The position numbers and the translations under genes were made by a program. Positions 28,041-39,986 of a DNA stretch of 64,000 bases are shown here, one piece after another. The stretch's first letter is position 1. Each line of letters begins with the position of its first letter. The notes beneath the pieces were generated by a model. That model had not been told where the DNA came from and ran no database searches. It was given only the letters and a program-made list of their open reading frames with translations. Source of the DNA: Cenococcum geophilum (lineage: Eukaryota). Location: the NCBI GenBank assembly GCA_050273025.1, contig CP158635.1, positions 21,328,001 through 21,392,000 of the forward strand, in the 5' to 3' direction.

Positions 28041-29156
28041 AAAGCACAGATACCAGTCACACGGCTATTGGACAACACACCAAAATAAACAGAAAAAAGG
28101 CATCTCTCGTCCCGAAAATTTTCACGAAAACATGTGCACTGCAATAGCTCCGAATTAGCGGTCCCTACATAATTCCAACCACTGCAATTGCCACGCGCAT
28201 CAAATCCAGGCTTGCCTGGCCTAAATTCGAGTTCTCGAATTCGTTGAGCAGCCAATAAATAAATTTGGAAAAGCTTCTCTAGGCTTCTAGTCTTGGGAGT
28301 CCGCCATATGGGCCGACTAGAGTCCCTACTTCATGACACAGGGAGTACCGTCGCAACATGTCGAAATACTCCGGCTTCGTGAAAATTTTCCAATTACTCT
28401 GTTCTCAAGCTCTCGGACTATCCTGTACTAGAAAATGAAGCTACTAGATTCCAAGGCATCGCGAATACTTTCCACGCGCGTTGGATGGTGCAGTATTAGC
28501 CCGAGGTATTGGCGACCCTCTTACAGGAACGTTTGCAGAAACCATCATACCACCTCAAAAATTGCATGCAAACCTAGCGCAGAAACGTGCGTTTAAGCAC
28601 CTTCATCGGCTAAAGTACCTCCACTTTCCTCTATTTATGAGACTTGAATTGGCCAGAAATACGATCAACCGACTTTCGAGTATACCAGCGGAAGTGGAGG
28701 TGCATCGGATGATGACAGGGTGATTGTGATGATTAAGAATGGGTTGAGGGCCTCACCGACTTACTACATCTCCAGATACGAAACAAATGCAATCTCCGGC
28801 AATGGAATTATGAATCGCTTCTTACCGACCATCAATAAGCTTTACTACCGCCTTGCGTCCTTAAAAAGTAGGCCCGCTCAAAAAACCCAATTTATTAGAT
28901 CAAGAGGTTTTACACGTGGCTTCAGCAGGCGCTGCAAAGACTATTGTAAACAGAATAGCCATGACCTCATGCAGGGATGCTCGTATATGCATCCGCACAC
29001 GACATCAGTATCCTAGCTGCATCTTTTTCATTCTTCGTTCGCAGTCATCATGCTTGTCAGTTCACTTCTTCCTGTGCCACCGGACTTCCGCAACGGCTCC
29101 AAGGCCATAGCTTGTATCTCCAACTCAGTGGGTTCAAAAATAGGCTCTTCCCAATT

Positions 29157-30010
29157 ATGTCCCGGGGGTGCAATTGCACCTCAGAGATTCCGAGAATTCG
29201 GTATGCTAGGGAGATAAACTTAATACAAGGTCCTCCGGTGGATGATATGTATGTGCAGAAATTGGAGGCACGAGAGGATCAAAAAGCCCGAACAAAAGTA
29301 AATGGTTCATGTTTTCGAAGCCAATGGGCCTTCAACACTACTGAGCTCCTCGAGCATATTCTTCTCCAGCTTCCCACCGTCAGCATACTTTTATCTCAGC
29401 GTGTTTGGTCGATCGGACAATAAAGGATGAGGACCTCGTCTATTGAATGTGGCTCTAGGAAATAGGGGGGATGTAACTGAAACAGGGTGTTACACAACTA
29501 GAACAAGGGGGGGTGGCAGGTAGCAGGGTGGTGAGTCATAGGGTGGTAGGCATTAGGGACAAAGTACGCGGGTCTGATCCCGGTCGACACGTTTGCCCTC
29601 GATGGCGCGAAGTGATTATGGCGTCCGTGGCTCTCCGCCGCCTTCTATTTCTCTCACCGGTTCCAAAGCAGATCCCCCAGGCCCCGACCTCTTCAATATC
29701 AACCCCATGCGCTCCAATCGGTCTAATCGAGGCCAATCGGCAGCTTTGTGGTAGTCACCTATGCCTACCGGTCGAAAGAATACCATCATATCGGCCAGAA
29801 AGACGCCTCCTGGAGACAAAATTTCTTCACACAACCTCCCCCAAAGGTCATCTTTGTACGCTTCCAGTTTAGGAAGGGGACGTTTTTGGCGGACCACACC
29901 GAGCGGATAGAGAATGACATAGGGGTACCGATGGAAGAGAGGGAGAGATTGTAGACAGCCCGAAATTGTGAGTATGTCTCTGACGGAGCTGGAAGACCAC
30001 ATCTTTACTT
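29157..30010 (+). pseudogene. F-box protein pseudogene split by an insertion
   Basis: AFNTTELLEHILLQLPTVSILLSQRV joins CPRWREVIMASVALRRLLFL once 29407-29589 is removed. Downstream DASWRQNFFTQPP lies in another frame. Ends approximate. Confidence 0.7.
29407..29589. mobile_element. Solo LTR-like insertion (about 183 bp)
   Basis: Short terminal IR GTCGATCGG / CCGGTCGAC. 5-bp flanking duplication (TGTTT/CGTTT, or GTTTG/GTTTG if the ends are shifted by 1 nt). Interrupts the F-box motif exactly. Confidence 0.65.
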
Positions 30011-30285
30011 TGAGTCTGGCTGTATGTTATGAATACGATGCAGAGATAGAACGCGTCCGTCGTTATTGACAACCAACTATACCTATTGCAACCGTTCTAT
30101 CTTCCTACGTACCTATATTTTGCAATTCCTTTAAATCCTTTCTTTCTTTCATTCTATGAAAGATCTTAGTGTGTCAAGGATATGACAATTACCACAGACG
30201 ATTTAATGTAGGAAGGGAGTATTGAACAATTCTTTCATAATAGGTAAGGGGCCGCTTCGAATATTGTCAATTTGATACATAAATA

Positions 30286-32290
30286 TTAACAGGACATCGC
30301 TTCTGACCTTCCTGAATTGAACTCATTAACCTTCCTTCGAAGTTCCACGAATACCTCTCGAGAATACTCAAATCTTCTTCCCCTGATGGCTTACACTCCG
30401 ATTGCGCACGCCTGCGCTTGCGCTAACTGCCCTCGCCTGCTCGCTCGCAAGGTGCTCGTCAAATTTATAGAGCGGCTCAAGCCGAGCGTTCTTATTTCTA
30501 AAAAGGTACCGCTGAATAATGCCTTCGTAGCCTGGTATTTCATGTGCTTGGCCGTAGGCACAGCAAATACATAGTCGAGTTCTTCTAGGGTTCGCTGCTT
30601 GGTTTCTGGTACCCAGAGGAAGATCATTACCAAGGCAGTAACGTTGAGCCCACTACAGCTACCATCAGCTTGATTGGTTTAAATAACCGGGATTGAGGAA
30701 CTTACGCATAGAACCCAAAAGCGCCGGTTGGAGTCGTCGCCGCGACCATGCGTGGCCAAGTCGGCGACAACACTGCTGCCCAGAACAAGCACATTGCAAC
30801 CGCCCAGGACATGCCGACTTCTCTGTGTGAGAGAGGGAACACCTCGGCGGAGTATGTGGGCGGGACGGGGCCTTCTCCAGGGGAATGGAAGGCTGCGAAC
30901 AGGTAAATGAATGTCGCAATAAGCCCTAAGTGCGCCTTGCTACTTTCAGGAATTAGGAAGCACGATCCGGTTGCGAGCGATGTCCAGGCCATGTTAGGGA
31001 ACGTGAACAACAGCAGTCCACGACGGCCGAAGATGTCAATTGTCCATACGGCAGGGAAAGCAAAGACGAAGTTAACCAGCCCAAACCCGAATGACGCCAA
31101 CGGTGCGTGCAGTCTATCACTACCTGCCTGCTTAGAGGCCGTCGAACTGTAAGGGGCGATGATGTTGATGCCGCACATTTGCTGGGCAATCATGACGGTG
31201 AACGAAGCCAGAGTAGCACGTCGCACACGCGGGATGGTGAAAAGCTCCACAAAACGGGTCAAGTAGGTACTCTTGCCAATGATTGCAGCTTCTCCGATCA
31301 GTTGAGCATGAACATAGTAAAGGTCACGAACGGCTTGGAGTGGCGTATTCCGAAGCCGGCAGAGAGATTGGAAAGCTTCGGCATATTTACCCTAACATAT
31401 AGGTTAGTCGTTTCCTTCAACAGGTGCGGGGTCATCCTAAATACCTTCTTCATATACCAGCGAGGAGATTCGGGGCAGAAGTATATGCCAATAACGAGCG
31501 GGACGGCTGGAATGAAGGCTGAACCTAGTTGGAGACGCTATGCAATCTTCCCAACGTTGTATACTGCGAGATTAGCACAGAATCCAAGGAAAGTGCCGAA
31601 GGCAGTCCATAGCTGCCAGGACATGGCCAAGCCACCACGGATACTAGCAGGAACGTTCTCGGCTGCATATATCGGGACAACCGAGGCCTCGCAGCCCATT
31701 CCTGTATGGAGTTAGACATTGAAAACGAGCCACGGGAGAATTTAAGGGAAAGTGACCAATTCCGAGTAGGATACGAGTAATAAACAGCTGGTACCACGTT
31801 TGGGAGCAGCCGCTGCCAATCACAGAAAATAGACAGAAGCCGCCAGCAACAAAGATCGTCCCACGCCTGCCGAAATAGTTATTCAGCGGATCCGAGAGCC
31901 AGCATCCTAGCAATGCTGATGCGATGTGTGGAGCCGCATTGATCAAACCAACAAGCCAGAGGTTGTTCAAATTAGAAGGATCTTGGGCCACAAGGGCTCC
32001 CTTCTTAAGAAGGTCGGTAATATCAGTCAAGTCCCGTTCTCTAGCAAATTCATCAACCTGAGCGAGCAAAACATCGCGAGGTATGCCGGCTAAAGGGTTC
32101 TTGATCCTTGAAAATTGAGATCAGCAATGATCTGCGGGTGAGGTAGGCGCAAAGTTGAGAGACTCACTTTGCGTCTTTGTTACTGTTCAGATTGACCTCG
32201 TCCGAAACGCCTCTCCCAGCTTAATCAACGTGAGTGGGCTCGGTCTTCTCGAAAGAGCTATTCTCAACGTCGGACACTGTTACTATTATC
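30286..32290 (-). pseudogene. Sugar porter (myo-inositol/polyol-type MFS) pseudogene
   Basis: Motifs [38 protein letters not shown] and VPETKQRTLEELD. In-frame TAG at 31538-31540 where AWR is expected. Apparent deletion of TM1 between AQDPSN and NLWLVG. No clear ATG. Confidence 0.85.
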
Positions 32291-32526
32291 GAAGTCCTTG
32301 CGTATGGATTATTTACAAAGGGCTAGGGCTCTAAATTCTCACGTGTCAGTTATAATAGTGAATGAAGGGCGCGTTTGAAGGCCCTTACGGTTCGGCTACC
32401 GCAAGGAGCGTTGTCCACGATAGTCCAGGTCGACTTGGAAGTCAAGTAAAGCATATAAGCCAAACTCAAGGCTAAGAAAGGAGCAGCAACAAGGTCCAAG
32501 GCCGCTGAGAGCTAAACATTGCGCTA

Positions 32527-35020
32527 ACGTAGGTGACAGGGTTATAACGGGTGTCAGAGTTATAACGGTTAGGAACACCAAAATTCTGCCGGATGGGCCC
32601 AACCATAGTAAATTAGCAGTAAAATTCATCCTACAGCATCCCGCAGTTTCTTTTATTATCCTAAAAAATGAAGCTTTATATTTATATATAAATCACCTTA
32701 TTTAGATATTTACTAGAGGCGAGGGCTAATAAGGGCTCCTTAGTCCTCCAGCCGCATATATATATCCTCATCTAGCGCCTTATCGTCGCTTGAATATACA
32801 AAGTCCTCAATAGGCTTATTAATAAGCTTATCTTCCAGCGTCTCCTCTATCTGCTCACCCTCTTCTATAACCTTTTTAGAGGCCGCAAGTAATTCTTTAT
32901 AATGCGCTGCAGCTGCTATATAAGTAGCAGTAAAGGATTCCGCTAGCGTATTCTTTGTAGCTTAATCTGCTTCTGCTGCTGCCGCTAATATAGCAGCAGC
33001 GGCAGCAGCGTCTCGGGCCTTCAACGTATTCTTCTTTTTTGCGATATTAGTGGCTAAATCTAAAGCCTTACGCGCCTTTTTTGCTAATCTTATTGCCGCC
33101 CAAGCGTCCTTTTAGTATTATTCCGCAATCTTTTTAGTAGTAGAGGCAGCAGAGCGAGCTTCCTTCCGCGCTATTACTTGCTCCTTTTTAAGCGCTGCTA
33201 TATTCTCCCTCCTCTCCTTATCTTACTCCCTCTATATTCTAGCGTCCTCTTTGGCTTAATTAGCGGCCTCTTATTTAGCGACAATTTCTCTCATTAAGTC
33301 TGTAGTAAGTACTAATCCAGTAGAGAGGACCTGGCGCTTACGCTCCTTCCTTACCCTCCTTTCTACAGCGGCCTACCGAAGCTCATTATTTTCTGTTTAT
33401 AGAAGATATTCCTAATCCTCGCATAATTCCATATATATCATTAGTTTCTTTACTACTACCTCTATTACCTTAGGTATAGTTTTAGGATGGAGAATTGTAT
33501 AGGCGTACCGTGTACGATTATCGCGATTTTTAGGGGTATAGGGGTGTAAAGGTAAGAATAGGATTATTGCTTGCTGTATAGAGGATAAGGGGGTAGAAGG
33601 TTAAGAGGGCATAGAAGGATTTATATAGCGCTTAAGTACTTTATCTAGATTATAAGGAAGAAGGCCTGTGGCTTTAAAGGCGCTGTTAATTAGTCTTGGT
33701 ATATATATCTAAGGGCGGATCTCGCCTAGAATCCTTAGAAAATATTCCTTATTAATTTTAGTAATACCCCACGTTGTATATTTGTTAACTTTAGATAAGT
33801 AGAGTTGCTTAAGTTATAAGAATATTATAAGATCCAGAGGCTGTAAAAGGTATATTAAATAAGGTGGCAGGCAGATTAGTATAATCTTATAATCTTCGCA
33901 GAACTATACGAACTTAAGATTAATGTGACTACTATGGCCGTCTATAATAAGCATTTGATAACCGTAGATATAGTTATCATCCTGGCCTTTACTAAGGGCC
34001 TTCCATTTGCGTATACGTCAAGTATAGTGCTTAAAATGGCGCAGCTACTATATACCGAGTTCTTAATTTAACTATCTATTATCTAACATTCCAATAGCAT
34101 AGTCGCCTACAGCGCTTATAGCCTCCTGCTATAGTAAGTCTGTATACTACCGTCCCTTAAAGATAATAAATAATGGTATAGTCTGGCCGTATATACTAAT
34201 TGCGTTAATCTAGCTCACCTACTCCCTTAAGCCATTAATCATCTTAAAGTTACTTATATTACCGCGTAGTATAACTACTTTAGCGCTATAAGTAAAGCCT
34301 ATAGCAAAGCCTGTCTTATCTATATTCTAAGTATTAATATCTGCAATATTATATTAAGTCTTAACATTAGCGTAGTCTATAAAGAAACTTATAACTAGGG
34401 CGGGATTATTACCAGCCATAGCCCGTTTTTAATTAATTAAACGTATATAGCAAGTACGCAATTCTTCCTGCTAATTTAAAAAGTAATATACCCATTATTT
34501 ACTTAGTGGGGGGGGTGGCTAAAGGCGAGGGATCCTCCAATACTCGCGCAGGTAGATTGTTGTTGCTATTATTTAAACAGTATTAATTCAACATGGAAAT
34601 CCGCCTTTAGCAAGATATATATAATATTAAATAATTACACCTTTGCCAGAAGATAAAATACGTCGTTAATTATTATAGGCGACTTTATGGGACTGCTGCT
34701 TTTAGTCGATCCTCCTGCGAAATGTATTCGGGTTAACATTATATACTTTTGCGCAGGCTTCCTTGCTCTTATAGTAGCCCAAATTCTAGGTAGTAATAGC
34801 TATATCTATCTTCTCATCCGAATCAGGTTTGCGAGGCCAGCGGGGCATTGGAGCATTGGTAATAAGTATTTAAATTAAGTAGTAACAATCAGGGGGAAGA
34901 CGAGATTTGGAAAGTCGAGGCAGCAGAATACTGAATTGGGTGAGTGCTAAGCCTAATACGGCAGGCGGTGTTACGCGACCGTCATAACTCTGACACCCGT
35001 CATAACCCTGTCACCTACGT
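32527..35020 (-). mobile_element. Fot1/pogo (Tc1-mariner) DNA transposon, RIP-degraded
   Basis: About 42-bp TIRs ACGTAGGTGACAGGGTTATAACGGGTGTCAGAGTTATAACGG with TA on both flanks (32525-6, 35021-2). Minus-strand relics DGHSSH and LPPY...LQPLD carry many TAA/TAG stops. Confidence 0.92.
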
Positions 35021-36989
35021 TAGGGGATCTACACCAATCTATATAGTTGTTGCACAAGAACAACCATTTCTGCAAGGGTCCGGAGAGCGGTAACGAGCTT
35101 ATTGGATCATCGGGACATGAAGTGACAAGCATCCATAAGCCCATGGAGTTTGCTCCGTCTGGATACCTTGAGAGTGAATATCAAATATGCCTAGACATGA
35201 TGGTCCCGATGCCAATCCTAAAATGGAGGGCAGTTGAGCCGCGTCTTGGCAGGGTCCCATCGTGCATCCCGCCGTGGGCTCCACTGAACTTGGGCATTTT
35301 TTCGAGCCGCTGGTGTCAGCCGCCCGAGCGCCACTCAGTCACTCCACCCAGAGACCCACTACTTGATTTTTAACTACCAATCCTTGGCTACTTGATCCGA
35401 CGACTGGTGAGAACAGACTCCGCCTTGGGCAATGTGCAACGTACGACCCTGCAGGTCAGATGAAGTCGCACACTTGCAACCGTCAGCAGAGCAAAACCAG
35501 TTTAGCTCAGTGCCGATAAACAAACTCCCCGAATATTGCCATCTACATACAGTTCCCTAACGCTCTCGAGTTCCATTCGACGACACTAAACTCGAGTAGA
35601 GAAGGTTGATTAAAGTATCATGGGTTCATTGCGAGACCCACCTTAAAGTCATAATCGCTTCCCTGATCACCTGCGAGGAAATACAGCAAATGCTGAGCGT
35701 TTCTTCTTGGCCTGTTCTCCAAACCTTGACATGTCGGCCACGCCGAGATGTTTCTACTCTGACTCGCCGGGAATGAATACCCCTGGATGCGGAGATTACT
35801 AGCGCGGTTGGAAGAAGGACAAAGCCTTGACCGCGCAAACTCAGGGCAGCGGGGGAGGTTCCTACCTAAACAAGCTATCGTTAGCTGGAGGCCTTTGGTG
35901 GTAACCCCAGACTTTCATGTGGAGTCTTGGCTAAGCTGATTTGGATGGCGAGGGAATGGGAAACCCAGCATCCACACTTCGAGCCCGCCAAAATCGCGGG
36001 CAACAGGACGTTGTAGTTTCCTCCTCTTGTCTGGTCTACGGGTGCGGCTCTTTTCGACATTCTAGACCCTCGAAGACCCTTCTAAATTAGAGCGCTCCGA
36101 TCTGCTGTGCGCGCGCCACCAATCAAGGCCAGTGGAACGCCCTAGCCATGTCTGGATTTTGGAAAGCTTGAATCCCCGGCCTCTCTCGATTTCCCTCGGT
36201 ATATCACACCTCCGGGCATAACATTCATTTCACCCTCGCCTGGGACTCGTACGGTGTTTTAAGTTCCTAAGCGTCCGCCCAGCTTCAGGTGTCCAGCAAA
36301 CCATTCCTTTGTCCTTCAAGCCTGAAAAACCTTCTACTAGTCTGGTTTTAGCCTTCCCGCTTTCCTATCTCCTACTAGCTCCACCTGACCAATGTGTTAT
36401 TGATGTGTGGCGTTGGGCTATCGTCTTTGCTGCCGTTAAACTCTCACAATCCTCCGAGACAATTCAAATATCTTCATATCCTGCAAAACCCCTTATTGGT
36501 GCCTGCGTGTTTAATCCCTACAGTATAGTGGATTGCAAAATCGGTTTCGCCCTCGAGCACACTCTTTGAATTTTGGCCCCACTCGATGACCTGGGAAGCG
36601 TCTTACTAAATACGGTAGAGCGTTGGCAGTGGTGCTAGGAGCCTCTTAATGTATAGTACATGCGACTCAGCAAGTAAAATATACTTCACGCAGACGTAGG
36701 TGACTTCTTAACTTATATAAGGCTCTATTAACTAACCTAACTTATAATCGTGGCAGAGCTTGACAAATAAGTAACAAGAACGTAATTTCTTTAATAAACA
36801 CGTTGTGGACGCGTGAACCCATTCAAGTATAATTACATTGGGAATTTGATAGAAAATTTCGAACTTAAATGTAATATGTTTCGGGATTTTCTAAGTCTGC
36901 AGAATGCCAAGATTGCGAGCCCGGAAGCTCCATCGCGAGCTCCACACGCGTGGCCACCGTCCACTAAACCTAAGAGGCAACCGGGTGCC

Positions 36990-37910
36990 TATCATACCGC
37001 CGAACCTTGCCGACTCGCAGCACGAAATAATTCGCGATATGATTCTTAGCAAGTTGCTCACCAGCGCGCGAATGGCGGACGCTGCGGGTTGCAGTATTCG
37101 ATCTATCAAAAGAATCCGCTCGAACCCCTGTTCCTTTGGCGCCACCAAAGCCCCTTCAAACGGCGTCGGACGGCGTCGATCTATCACACCTCCCATACTT
37201 GACACTTTGCATGAATACCTACTCGAAAAGCCTGAGCTATACCTTGGTGAGATGGCGGTCTTTTTGTGGGACGAATTTGAAGTCCTAGTTACTACCCCAA
37301 CTATAAGTAGAACTTTTCCTTCCATTCGTTGATCTAAGAAAACGATTCGTCGAAAAGCTAGGGAGCAAACCCTGATCTACAAGACCTCTACCTCTACAAT
37401 TTGTCAGTCTCTCGTTCCTACCACCTGGTTCGTGTGGACGAATCTGGGTACGACAAACGGATTAGATTCAGACGAACTGGATGGTCTCCTCTTGGTGACT
37501 CCCGTACAGATTGCTCGCTATCACCGTGAGCAACGATATCAAATTCTTCCCGCATATACTCAGGATGGGGTTATTCTGGCACGCGTATTTAGGGGTCCCA
37601 CAGATAGCGTCGTTTTCGAAAAGCTCATTGAGCAGCTCAGAACCGAAGTCTATCCTTGTAACGAACAATGCGTCGTTCTATTACACCAAACGAATTGAGC
37701 AAATGTGCTCTGATGCTAGTGTGAAATTGCTATATTGCCTCCTTACTCACCAGATCTGAATCTTATTGAAGAGTTTTTTGCAGAATTAAAAGGTTTCACC
37801 AAGAGGAATTGGTAAACTTACGAAGAAAACCCGGATCAGTGCTTTGACGCATTCCTCGAGTGGTGTGTTGATATGGTGGGCACAAGAAAACGGAGTGCGG
37901 AGGGTCATTT
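36990..37910 (+). mobile_element. Tc1/IS630-like (DDE_3) transposase remnant
   Basis: HTH region (MADAAGCSIRSIKRIR...GRRRSITP), VDESG.DKR, YQILPAYTQDG and PYSPDLNLIEEFFAELK, with frameshifts and stops. Termini not defined. Confidence 0.85.
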
Positions 37911-38211
37911 GAAATGGGCCCTGCGGTTATCTATAAGAGGTAACTAATAGAATCAAGGAGTCGTGCTTAGGAATTTAAAGCTTTTGATATTACTTGATTC
38001 TTATACAAAATTGATATACAGGCTTAATCTTTAGAGCTGAGCCGCTCGACATAAGGCATGATAGTAGTGTAATTAATAATTGCCATAAGAACCATACTTT
38101 TTAGCCTCACTCCAGCCGAAGTTCTTCTAGCATCAACCTTCCCTATCCACTTTGCCCTCTGCATTTGCCGCGCCTTCCTCATCCCCGCCGTCCGTATCAA
38201 CCTCAGTCTCA

Positions 38212-39715
38212 TCAACTGCTGTCCTTAGACAGATTAGATATACCTTGATTAGTTTCAATGACACCTTGTTGCTTTCCAGCGGCTGTACCTTCCGGATTAG
38301 CATCAGGTGCTTTACCTTCTCCCACTGCCTCACTAATCCTTTCCAAAAGAGGTCTTTCAATGCCTGTCCTGATTTGCCCGATTGCAATGGGCTGGCCAGC
38401 TTTGATGGGCCGATATAGATGCTCCTCCAGCAGCGTGCATATAGGGCCAATGAAAGGCGCCTGCGTCTTTAGCAGGCTATACACGGAGGCCATCCGTTGG
38501 TTTCCCCAGCGGTTTAGCCTGGCACGTTTAGCAACGATTTAAAGAGGAGTAGGGTAAGCTTACCTAGTCATGACGTTAGGGGGTAGAACAGGGATAATAC
38601 CAGGGCCGAAAATCTCTGTCAAGGCCATCACGCCTTGGGCCATCTGACATGTGTTTTGTAGAACGGAGGGAGAGACATGGATCGAATTAGCAAGGAAGTT
38701 AACGACACACGACCGCCACCCTAGCCCACGGCTAGTTTCATAGCCCGAATCCCGGAGAAAGTTTAACAGAGCGGTGTCTTTGGCGGCGGCCAGGGTTTTA
38801 AGCCGATTAAATTGAGAAAGAAGTTCAACGTGTAATATAATCTGCTCCATTGCGGCGAGTCCACCTTGTAGATTTGGCCGTGAACGCTGGGTACGGGCAA
38901 AGGCATCAAAGAAGCTCCGCACCGTTGTAATATTAGCCTCGTCTTTAGCCGCTGCTTCCGCTCGCGCCCCAGCGCCCCTATCAATCCCATCGTTATAGTC
39001 GGCAGTATAGCTCCGTAGCAATGCTTGAAGACGTGTTGCGGCTTTAGGCCCCATCATGTCGGCAAAAAAGAAGTTGGTAATCTCCACGGCTTCGCTCTTG
39101 CTAAATCTCTGCCGCTCGACTTTGTTGTCCTTAGTTACTTTGACTTCTAGCTTTTCGAGCTTTTTGTAAAACTTATCCCGTGCGATCTCAAGTGCGGCTT
39201 TATCGGCCTCTGCACTTAGTGCCATTCTGATTTTTTCAAGCTTATCGCTGCAGCCGTCATGTTTAGCGGTAGGATTACCGCCTTGCACATCATTACTACT
39301 ACTGCCCACGCCTGCGTCTTCATTAATGTCTGTATTTTCTTCGCTGCTGTCTTCAGCGGTTGGTTCGATCTCGTTGTCAGTACTTGGCAGAACTCGCGGT
39401 CGGAAGCCTTTGGGGAGTTTAATGTGGTAGGTATCCGCGAGGGACTTGACGTAGAGGTCAAGAGTAACAACTATGGTGTGAATCTGTTCGGTATCTGCCT
39501 TCGCCTTTTTTGTGATATGGTCCGAAAGGCTGGCCAGTGTCTAGAGTTGTCTATCTTAGAACAAAGCTGCGCAACCCGGTAGGAACGAACCCACATACTT
39601 TGCTTAAGTAATCTGTATTATAGGGGGCAGGATCTTCTATCTGAGAACCTTCTACCCTTCTTCGCTTGGTCGGTGGTACTTTTCGCGGCAAAGCATTTAA
39701 CTTGTGACGGGTCAT
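38212..39715 (-). CDS. Hypothetical protein, about 466 aa, 3 exons
   Basis: Exons 39715-39599, 39540-38564, 38518-38212 join in frame across canonical GTATGT/GTAAGC..AG introns. NLS-like PPTKRRR. No family recognised. Confidence 0.6.
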
Positions 39716-39986
39716 TCTAGCGACAAACGGCTATATTACGAGCCACCGATATAACAGCGATAGGAAAGAAGACGCCTTAGCATAGACTACTAGTGGCAGT
39801 AAACAAGGGCCTAGAGATAGAGTTGGTGGGTTAGACACTTCGCGAAGGACCTGCGTGAAGGTATCGTTGGATTGTTTTGACTTATCAACGCGTTGTTTTG
39901 ATTCTGTTGTTATGCACGGACCATCTGCCCGGCAGGATAAGGGATAGGCGAGTTTACGTCGGTGTGTACCAGTATGGAGATATTAT

